26,152 nt of DNA from assembly GCA_035301185.1 (NCBI GenBank), contig DATGUT010000033.1:1-26152 (forward strand), written 5' to 3'. Numbering within the stretch: position 1 is the stretch's first letter; every line of letters begins with the position of its first letter. The position numbers were made by a program, and so were the translations under genes. Below the pieces are notes generated by a model, which searched no databases, was not told the origin of the DNA, and worked only from the letters and a program-made list of their open reading frames with translations. The stretch is from Salinisphaeraceae bacterium. GTDB lineage: Bacteria > Pseudomonadota > Gammaproteobacteria > Nevskiales > Salinisphaeraceae. Below are positions 18,911-26,152 of this stretch, piece after piece.

Positions 18911-19524
18911 GTGAGCGAATGGCGGCGAATCAAATGGACTGAATTTGATCGCAAAGCGGCTGTCGATTACCAAGGCGGACGGGAGGCGCTTCAATCGCGA
19001 AATACAAGCAAAGCTCTTGCCACTGTTGCTGGACTCGGGGGCTCGCATAGTCAGTCTGTATTGGCCTTTCAAGGGAAGAGTTCAACCTTCGAGGGCTGGT
19101 GCAGGGTCTTCATGAGGAAGGGCTTGGCGTTGTGCTGCCCGATGTAGTCGCATCGAGGCAACCATTGGTGTTCCGGCCATGGCAACCTGAGATGGATGGC
19201 GTCTACGGCATACCAGTACCGGATACGGATGAGGAAATCTGGCTGGAAGCGGTGGCCGCTCCGGCACTTGGATTCGATGATGAGTGCCACCGACTCGGTT
19301 ATGGCGGCGGCTATCATGATCGTACCCTGGCCAGGTTGCAGTCGGTGAAGCTCGTTGTCGGTGTCGGTTTTGATCTGTGCCGTCTCGATACAATCCATCC
19401 GACCAGCCACGATATCCCGATGGATCGGATCGTTACCGAATCCGGCATATACGCGCCATGGAATGACAGATCAATATCGGAAGACCCGATGCCTTTATAC
19501 GCTGCACCATGTGTGTGGCTTTGA
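18911..19524 (+). pseudogene. 5-formyltetrahydrofolate cyclo-ligase (YgfA/MTHFS family), frameshifted
   Basis: Three consecutive frames join into VSEWRRIKWTE / LIAKRL...IVSLYWPFKG / EFNLRGL...RLGYGGGYHDR...PMDRIVTE, with extra bases at about 18944-18946 and 19077. True start unclear, possibly near 18873. Confidence 0.85.
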
Positions 19525-19551
19525 GTCTAACCACTAAAGAAGGAGCTGGAC

Positions 19552-21249
19552 GTGTCCAGTGCAAAGCAATCCAAAGAAATGAAATCCGATATCGAAATCG
19601 CCCGCGTGGCGAGTTTGAAGCCAATTCGCGAGATAGGAGAAAAGATTGGTGTTCCATGGGAAGCGATGGTTCCCTATGGGCATACCAAGGCCAAGATACG
19701 CTTGGATTACATCCAGGAAATCGCTGATCGCCCCAATGGCAAACTGATACTGGTTACCGGCATCACGCCCACGCCTCCCGGCGAGGGCAAGACCACGACG
19801 GTTGTCGGGCTATCCGATGCGCTCAACCGGATTGGGGAGAATGCCGTTTCCTGCACCCGCGAACCGAGCCTCGGCCCTGTTTTTGGCATGAAGGGTGGCG
19901 CCGCTGGTGGCGGCTATGCGCAGGTGGTTCCCATGGAAGATATCAACCTGCATTTTACTGGCGACATGCACGCTCTTGGCATGGCGCATAATCTGCTGGC
20001 GGCGCTGATTGACAATCATATCCATCAGGGCAATGCACTTGGCATTGATACCCGCCGCGTCACCTGGCGTCGCGTCATGGATATGAACGACCGTTCACTG
20101 CGCGAGATTGTGAGTGGACTTGGTGCCGGCAATGGTGTGCCGCGCGAAAGCGGCTTCGATATCACCGTTGCTTCCGAAATCATGGCCATCTTGTGCCTGG
20201 CGACTGATATCGACGATCTGCAAAGGCGGCTGGCAAGCATCGTGGTCGCAGAATCGACAGAGCGCAAACCCATAACCGCAGCCGATCTGGAGGCCGACGG
20301 CGCCATGACCATGCTGCTCAAGGACGCGCTCATGCCCAATCTGGTGCAGACGCTGGAAAACAATCCGGCATTCATCCATGGCGGGCCCTTCGCCAATATT
20401 GCTCATGGCTGCAACTCGGTGATGGCTACGCAAACTGCCTTGAAACTTGCCGACTATGTGATTACCGAGGCCGGATTCGGCGCCGATTTGGGCGCTGAAA
20501 AATTCTTTGACATCAAGTGCCGCAAGGCAGGTCTGAAGCCTGATGCGGCCGTTGTCGTGACGACGGTGCGAGCCCTCAAGATGCATGGCGGAGTGGCACT
20601 CAGCGATCTCAAGGTCGAGAACGTCGAAGCACTGCGCGAAGGCTGTGTGAACATGCAACGACATGTCGAAATCGTGCGCCGTTTTGGTATCGAGCCGGTT
20701 ATTGCCGTTAATCGCTTCCCCACTGATACCGAGGCGGAAGTCGATGTCATTCGCGAAGCAGGGGCGGCTCTGGGTGTCGGGGTTGCAGTTTGCACCCACT
20801 TCAGCGACGGTGGGGCAGGTGCTGAAGACCTGGCGCGAAAGGTGGTGCAGGTGGCTGGGCAGGGCGGTGAAAATTTCCAGTTTCTCTATGATGCCGAGGC
20901 CCTGACCCTGCGTGAAAAGGTCGAGACTATTGCCAAGGAGCTCTACCAGGCCGACGGCATTGCGGTGGAATCAGCGGCTGAGCGTCGTTTCCAGGCACTT
21001 GAAAAGGCCGAATACGGCCATCTGCCAGTGTGTATTGCGAAAACGGAAAAGAGTTTTTCCAGTAATCCGAAACTGCTGGGAGCGCCAACAGGCCATACGC
21101 TGGCTGTTCGTGAGGTACGACTTTCTGCTGGTGCCGGTTTTGTGGTTGTCATCTGCGGCACGATGATGACCATGCCGGGGCTGCCGAAGAAACCGGCCGC
21201 CAGTGGCATGGGCATCGGTGCGGATGGCGAGATTTACGGCTTGTCCTGA
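19552..21249 (+). CDS. fhs: Formate-tetrahydrofolate ligase
   Basis: [27 protein letters not shown]-loop, [37 protein letters not shown] start with AGGAG 6 nt upstream. Confidence 0.97.
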   Translation: MSSAKQSKEMKSDIEIARVASLKPIREIGEKIGVPWEAMVPYGHTKAKIRLDYIQEIADRPNGKLILVTGITPTPPGEGKTTTVVGLSDALNRIGENAVSCTREPSLGPVFGMKGGAAGGGYAQVVPMEDINLHFTGDMHALGMAHNLLAALIDNHIHQGNALGIDTRRVTWRRVMDMNDRSLREIVSGLGAGNGVPRESGFDITVASEIMAILCLATDIDDLQRRLASIVVAESTERKPITAADLEADGAMTMLLKDALMPNLVQTLENNPAFIHGGPFANIAHGCNSVMATQTALKLADYVITEAGFGADLGAEKFFDIKCRKAGLKPDAAVVVTTVRALKMHGGVALSDLKVENVEALREGCVNMQRHVEIVRRFGIEPVIAVNRFPTDTEAEVDVIREAGAALGVGVAVCTHFSDGGAGAEDLARKVVQVAGQGGENFQFLYDAEALTLREKVETIAKELYQADGIAVESAAERRFQALEKAEYGHLPVCIAKTEKSFSSNPKLLGAPTGHTLAVREVRLSAGAGFVVVICGTMMTMPGLPKKPAASGMGIGADGEIYGLS

Positions 21250-21258
21250 ACAGCTATC

Positions 21259-21305
21259 GATGCCAGAGACACTGCCGCTGCCGATAAGCAGTGCTTGTTG
21301 GCATC
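21259..21305. terminator. Nested hairpin between convergent fhs and the ICL/PEPM gene
   Basis: Outer stem GATGCCA/TGGCATC and inner stem CACTGC/GCAGTG; no strong U-tract. Confidence 0.4.
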
Positions 21306-21353
21306 ATCGCGCCGAGTCCAGACCGGGTCTGCAACCTTTCGGAGAGGACTCAT

Positions 21354-22199
21354 CTAGCTTGTCTGCCCCGGCTCATTCGACTCGGCAAACAGCGAACCCA
21401 GGTCACTGTGAGTGACCTTGTTGTCGAGCATGTCAAGGCGGCCGGCGGCGAGCTTTTCGGCGGCTCTGGCGAAACCGCTCCAAGCGGTCAGGGAGAGGGC
21501 GCCGCCGGTGCTGATGCGGCGCACGCCGAGCTCGGCCAGGGTTTGCAAGCCGAGATGCGCAGCCGGCCCCAGCAGCACGTTGACCGGTTTGGGTGCGACG
21601 GCCTCCACCACGGCTGCAATCTGCTCGCGGGTAGACAAGGCCGGGGCATACAGGCAGTCGGCGCCGGCTTCGCCATAAGCCGTCAGGCGGCGCAGTGTCT
21701 CGTCCAGATCCGGCTGGCCAACCAGAAAGCACTCGGCGCGGCCGACCAGCAGCACGTCTTCGTCGGTCGCATCAATGGCTTCGCGGGCGGCGTGCATGCG
21801 TTCCACCGCTTCGGCAAAGGAATAAAGGGGGCTGGCCGGATCGCCGCTGGCATCTTCGATGGACAGCCCCGACACACCCGTGGCCACGCAGCGGCGCACG
21901 TTGTCCTGCAGGGTGGGCAGGTCGCGCGCATGGCCGTCCTCAAAATCCGCATTCACTGGCAAATTGGTGGCGGCGACGATTTCACTACAGTGCTGCAGCA
22001 CTTCGTCCACATGCACAGCGCCATCGGCCTTGCCGCGAGAGAAAGCGTAGCCGGAACTGGTCGTGGCCAGCGCCTTGAAACCGGCCTGGGCCAGCCAGCG
22101 CGCCGCGCCAATGTGCCATGGATTGGGCAGGATGAAACAGCCGCTTGCGTGTAATTGTCGAAAAGCGGCATGGCGCGGAGCGAATTGGGAAGTGGACAT
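21354..22199 (-). CDS. Isocitrate lyase / PEP mutase superfamily protein, substrate unknown
   Basis: FRQLH..GCFILPNPW, ALATTSSG, PVNADFEDG, LSIED, AGADCLYAP, GVRRISTG. ATG 22199 preferred. Confidence 0.88.
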   Translation of the reverse strand: MSTSQFAPRHAAFRQLHASGCFILPNPWHIGAARWLAQAGFKALATTSSGYAFSRGKADGAVHVDEVLQHCSEIVAATNLPVNADFEDGHARDLPTLQDNVRRCVATGVSGLSIEDASGDPASPLYSFAEAVERMHAAREAIDATDEDVLLVGRAECFLVGQPDLDETLRRLTAYGEAGADCLYAPALSTREQIAAVVEAVAPKPVNVLLGPAAHLGLQTLAELGVRRISTGGALSLTAWSGFARAAEKLAAGRLDMLDNKVTHSDLGSLFAESNEPGQTS

Positions 22200-22315
22200 A
22201 TCGGTAACCATTGCAATGCGGGATGGATAATAAAGTCTGGCGAGCAAGGCATTAAAAGCATCTCTGTCCAGTACTGTAAACAGAATGGCGCCGCGCTGCA
22301 GCCCTTCGCGACTGC

Positions 22316-22350
22316 CCGAGATTGCCAGGCGCAGTATGTGTTAATCTCGG
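22316..22350. repeat. 8-bp inverted repeat CCGAGATT / AATCTCGG, 19-nt spacer
   Basis: Read directly in the 330-bp spoVR to ICL/PEPM intergenic region. Confidence 0.6.
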
Positions 22351-22530
22351 CTGCTGAAATTGCTGCGGAGAATGGCGCATGGCCCGCCGGCGCCCCGAGA
22401 TGCGAGCACGCATTGCCGCCTTCTTCGCTGGCAAACCGCGACAAGCCATGACCGCGCCGGCGGAACATGTAACCGCTATGCATTTGCGCAGGCACGAGGT
22501 GCTGTGACTGCGTGCGGGCAAGCAACCCGC

Positions 22531-23928
22531 TCAGGTCGGAATTTCGAGCATTTTCTCGTCGCCATCCGCATCCACGGTTTCCAGCGCAACAGGCCGACGC
22601 CAGACACGGGCGATGTATTCCAGCACTTTTTGCGCGCGCTCGAGGTCGAGCCCACGGCCATCGGTGGCGTGGTCGTGGTACAGGACCAGGCTGCCATCGC
22701 TGCCCATCTCCACAGCCTGGATGTGGGGAGCAGCAAAATTGAATCGGGGAGCAATGAGCTGCTCGCGCAGGGTGTCGATGTCGTTGTTGTCATCAATGCG
22801 GATGCGGGAGCCGGCACTGGTGCGACGCTGTCGGTAGCCGAACAATTGCAGCTCTTCGGCCAGTTGCTCGTCCAGGTGGTTGCGCACGAAACTGAAATCG
22901 TCCTCTTCGGCACGGATGCGCAGTGCGGCATCGAGGCCTTGATGCTCGATGATGTGCTCCCACATGGCGAAGCCGACGTGATAGGGGTTGATGGCCAACG
23001 CAATCTGGTTGTCGCCGGCAAAGGGGCGAATGACGTCGGAATGGGATTTGATGGCATCCAGATAAACCGCATCCGGTAGAAAATCGGCTTCCCGCAGCAG
23101 GCGGGCATGCCAGTAGCTGGCCCAGCCTTCGTTCATGATCTGGCAGGCGAATACGGGGTAGAAATAAAAGGATTCCTCGCGCACGGCAAGAAAGATGTCG
23201 CGCTCCCAGCCTTCCATGTCCGGCGCATGGCGGGCGATGAACCACAGCAGGTCGGATTCCGGCTGCGGCGGGATCGGGGCGCGCCGGTATTGTGGCGGTG
23301 GCTCAGGTTTGACTTCACCGGGCAGTTCGGCGAAACGGGCGCCGAAGCCGGATGGTTTGGGTGGTGTTTTCGACTTGATGTGGGTCGGATAATCGGGCCG
23401 GTGCAACGGTTGCTCGACATCGATGTACTGCTCCAGCGCCAGTGCGGCATCGAGCACTGCTTCGACCCGCTGCCGGCCATGCTCGTCGATGGCGGTTTGG
23501 ATGCTGTGCGCCCGCTCCGCGGCTTCGGTGACAATGTGGTAGCCGACCTGTTGCTGCATGCGCGCGAACAGGGCGTTGTTCTTGGAGAAATCCGCATGGC
23601 CGAGAACATGCGCCGTGACCAGCGTATTCTCCGCGAGGCCATTGTCGCTGACCAGATAGGCACGGTTCGGATTGCCTGGAAACACCACTTCGAAAATGTG
23701 CGAGCCACCCATGCGGTGCTGCACGTGCTGATGGATGTAGCGCACGCCGAACGACCAGTGCGGCATGCGAATGGGCAGGCCGTAAACGGCAACCTCCATC
23801 ATGAAGGTGTTGGGCACCAGCTCGAAATCGACCGGATAATAATCCAGCCCACTGTCTCTTGCCAGCGCTTCTATTTGTGGTGTGAATAGGGCCAGTTGTT
23901 CGTGGCTCTGATCAGCAGCGGGTTGCAT
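22531..23928 (-). CDS. SpoVR / YcgB family protein
   Basis: YGLPIRMPHWSFG, FEVVFPGNPNRAYL, AHVLGHADFSKNN, QIMNEGWASYWH; third gene of a prkA-DUF444-spoVR operon. Confidence 0.92.
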   Translation of the reverse strand: MQPAADQSHEQLALFTPQIEALARDSGLDYYPVDFELVPNTFMMEVAVYGLPIRMPHWSFGVRYIHQHVQHRMGGSHIFEVVFPGNPNRAYLVSDNGLAENTLVTAHVLGHADFSKNNALFARMQQQVGYHIVTEAAERAHSIQTAIDEHGRQRVEAVLDAALALEQYIDVEQPLHRPDYPTHIKSKTPPKPSGFGARFAELPGEVKPEPPPQYRRAPIPPQPESDLLWFIARHAPDMEGWERDIFLAVREESFYFYPVFACQIMNEGWASYWHARLLREADFLPDAVYLDAIKSHSDVIRPFAGDNQIALAINPYHVGFAMWEHIIEHQGLDAALRIRAEEDDFSFVRNHLDEQLAEELQLFGYRQRRTSAGSRIRIDDNNDIDTLREQLIAPRFNFAAPHIQAVEMGSDGSLVLYHDHATDGRGLDLERAQKVLEYIARVWRRPVALETVDADGDEKMLEIPT

Positions 23929-23931
23929 GAC

Positions 23932-25119
23932 TCAGGCCTCCACGCCATCTTCGGCCGTTGCCTGTTGTTGAAAGAAGCGGCGAATCGCGTCCCAGATATC
24001 ATTGTCAGTGTGTACTGTATAGGTATCGACGGCATAATCACGCGCTTGCAGCGAGCGGAACAATTGGCCCGTTTCCGAGCGCCCTGATTCGTGCGGATTC
24101 TGCGGTGTTTCCACGAATCCCATGAAATTGCTCATGCCGGCCAGGCGACACAGCAGGGCATCGGCCTGATTGCGATCATCAGCAAAATTGTCACCGTCCG
24201 AGGCGTAAAACACGTAATGGTTGAAGCGGCTCGCCGGATAGCGCTGGGTAAAGATATCAAGCGCGAGCCGGAAGGCGCTGGAGGCGATGGTGCCGCCGGT
24301 GGCGCTGACCTGGAAGAATTCCTCTTCGGTGAATTCCCAGGCTTCGTTGGTGTGGGCGATGAATACGATCTCCAGCGCATTGCCATATTGCCGGCGCAGG
24401 CCCTGCACAGCCCAGAAGAAGAATGCCTTGGCAAGCTTGCGGCGCTCGGCGTCCATTGAAGCGGATACATCAAGCACCAGCGCAATCACTGCATCGGTGG
24501 CCGGCCGCTGGCGGCGAGCGAGCTGTCGATAGCGCAGATCCTCGTCGCTGAACGGCACGCCTTCGGGATTGGCGTGGCGCCGCTTGATCGCCTCCTTGAG
24601 GGTGCGCCGGCGATCAAGGCGGGCGTGGGGGCCGTGGCGACCCCAGCCTTCGCGCACCAGTTCTTCATCCTTGACTGCGTCGGTGGCGAGCGGCTTCAGA
24701 TCGGGCAGCTGCAGTTCGGACCACAGCCAGTCGACGATGTCCTCGATTTCCAGTTCCAGTAAAAAACGCAACTCGCCTTCACCGCTGCCGCCGGCTCCTG
24801 CCTGCCCCGCGCCTTCGCGGCGCCCCTGGCGGTATACCGAGCCGGGTTTACCGTCGCCCTGGCCGACGCCACTTTGTTCCTCGGAGGAGCGCAGGCGAAA
24901 GCGGTAATGCTCGAGAAAACGCACTGGTATTTGTACGGTGCGATGCGATGGACGGCTGAGAACATCGGTGCCGGCAATCAGGTCGGGCAATTCCTTGCGC
25001 ACCGATTCGCGAACCTTTTCGTTGTGGCGCAGCCAATCGCGGGCGCCGCGCGAGAATAGGTCATACCAGCGGTGTGCGTGGGCCAACTCCGATGGCTTGT
25101 TGCGCCCTTGCCTTGTCAT
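23932..25119 (-). CDS. DUF444 family (YhbH/YeaH) vWA-domain protein
   Basis: GVGQGDG, Gly-rich linker, LQLPDL, EDLRYR, MIDAS residues DVSAS...T...SDGDN. Confidence 0.92.
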   Translation of the reverse strand: MTRQGRNKPSELAHAHRWYDLFSRGARDWLRHNEKVRESVRKELPDLIAGTDVLSRPSHRTVQIPVRFLEHYRFRLRSSEEQSGVGQGDGKPGSVYRQGRREGAGQAGAGGSGEGELRFLLELEIEDIVDWLWSELQLPDLKPLATDAVKDEELVREGWGRHGPHARLDRRRTLKEAIKRRHANPEGVPFSDEDLRYRQLARRQRPATDAVIALVLDVSASMDAERRKLAKAFFFWAVQGLRRQYGNALEIVFIAHTNEAWEFTEEEFFQVSATGGTIASSAFRLALDIFTQRYPASRFNHYVFYASDGDNFADDRNQADALLCRLAGMSNFMGFVETPQNPHESGRSETGQLFRSLQARDYAVDTYTVHTDNDIWDAIRRFFQQQATAEDGVEA

Positions 25120-25147
25120 GCCGGGCCTCGCTGCAATTCCTGCGCCG

Positions 25148-26152
25148 TTATTCCTGCGCCAGCAGGGTGGTGACGTAATTCAACGCCTCGTGCGCGCTGT
25201 GCTGGTCATAGCCATAATCATCGACCAACCGCTGCTCGACCGCCGAGATCTTCTCTTGGGTCTCAGCATCCGGACGGGCGCTGGAGGTGACCAGGCGCAG
25301 CACGTCGCGGCGCTCTTCGAACAGGTATTGCTCGATGGCCTCGCGCAGGCGGGCATGCTCGGACAGGGTGAACTTGTCGCCGCGCTTATAGGCGCTCATG
25401 GCCTTGCGCACGATTTCCTGGCGGAACGAAGTCTTGCCCGAATCGGAGATGCTGATCTTGGTTTCCACATTGCGCAGGAAGCGCTCGTCGGCGTCCCGCT
25501 CCTCGCCGGTTATCGGATCCTCGATCTTGCGCCGGTCCAGCACGGCCTCGACTTCATCGAGGTATTTTTCCAGCAGCTCCTGGGCCTCGTCCTGGAACGA
25601 CACGAACAGAGCCTTATGCACGTCTTCCTTGACCCAGCGGTTGTAGAATTCCTTGCGCGTGGTCACCAGGAAGTCGGTCCACTCTTTCTTTGTGCGTGCA
25701 TCCATGCGGGCATCGGATTCTATTGCGTCCTTGAGGGCGAGCATGACTTCCATGGCCGTCAGACTCTTGCGCTCGGAGCGACTGATGGCGCCTGCCAGGG
25801 CGTTGACCACGAAGCGCGGCGAGACGCCGTCCATGCCTTCGTCGGGCTGTTCGCGCTTGATGCGCTCCGCTTCGCTGTCGGAGATGCCTTCCACGGTTTC
25901 GCCGGCATGGATGCGCAGCTTCATCGCCGGTTCCAGGTCGGCCCGTTCGGAGGGCTTGAGCCGAGTCAGGATGGCGAACACGGCAGCTACGGGCAGGGCA
26001 TGCGGATCCAGATGAACTTCGCGAAACGATGGCGTGGCCGAGGTCAGCTTGTGGTAAATGCGAGCCTCGTCCTTGTAACGCAGGGTATAAGGCACTTGCA
26101 CGATGACCATGCGATCGAGCAGGGCTTCGTTTTCCTTCTCCTGCAGGAAGCG
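25148..26152 (-). CDS. prkA: PrkA family AAA+ protein (annotated serine kinase), C-terminal part, 5' end outside the window
   Basis: Frame is open to the window edge (RFLQEKENEALLDRMVIVQVPYTL); DEGMDGVSPRF, EDPITGEE and RLREAIE motifs. Confidence 0.92.
   Translation of the reverse strand, partial: RFLQEKENEALLDRMVIVQVPYTLRYKDEARIYHKLTSATPSFREVHLDPHALPVAAVFAILTRLKPSERADLEPAMKLRIHAGETVEGISDSEAERIKREQPDEGMDGVSPRFVVNALAGAISRSERKSLTAMEVMLALKDAIESDARMDARTKKEWTDFLVTTRKEFYNRWVKEDVHKALFVSFQDEAQELLEKYLDEVEAVLDRRKIEDPITGEERDADERFLRNVETKISISDSGKTSFRQEIVRKAMSAYKRGDKFTLSEHARLREAIEQYLFEERRDVLRLVTSSARPDAETQEKISAVEQRLVDDYGYDQHSAHEALNYVTTLLAQE

Larger units (their letters stand above)
17690..21350. other. Lower-GC one-carbon metabolism islet (folD, 5-FCL pseudogene, fhs)
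   Basis: Hand counts of 60-nt lines: 50-55% GC (18001, 18181, 19621, 20881; one fhs line 65%) versus 73-80% (1081, 4321, 17221, 21481); many A/T-ending codons; next to a tRNA. No integrase or att repeat seen. Confidence 0.6.

Noticed and set aside
15896-21353. Integrative element with att sites at tRNA-Gly
   Set aside because: No integrase or transposase, and I found no second copy of the tRNA 3' end (TGGAGCGGCGAACC) in the window.
1-26152. CRISPR arrays, rRNA, IS elements, prophage or defence genes
   Set aside because: No regularly spaced repeats, rRNA-like sequence, transposase, integrase or phage-like ORFs were seen.

Overview
High-GC gammaproteobacterial-type chromosome segment, mostly housekeeping genes. 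Left to right: smg-dprA-LysM(TsaP-like) on the minus strand, divergent def-fmt-rsmB, then a minus-strand block hisF-hisA-hisH-hisB-dtd-thrB-TPR-trkH-trkA, then hisI-hisE-tatABC on the plus strand. The right half is more accessory: a low-GC orphan secreted protein, a stand-alone AtuE-like crotonase, tRNA-Gly(CCC), a lower-GC one-carbon islet (folD, a frameshifted 5-formyl-THF cyclo-ligase pseudogene, fhs), an ICL/PEP-mutase-family gene, and a prkA-DUF444-spoVR operon cut by the window end. Main observations: (1) flipping 5805-13449 restores two canonical gene junctions at once (rsmB-trkA and hisF-hisI), so the block looks inverted, and a matching 17-18 nt motif sits at both putative breakpoints; (2) the PrkA/DUF444/SpoVR trio resembles the Bacillus type rather than the E. 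coli YeaG type, and has an intact vWA MIDAS motif and a gluzincin-like HxxxH...NEGWA pattern; (3) the C1 islet looks horizontally acquired and is partly decaying. All family assignments come from recalled motifs, and GC values are hand counts of single 60-nt lines. No database searches were run.
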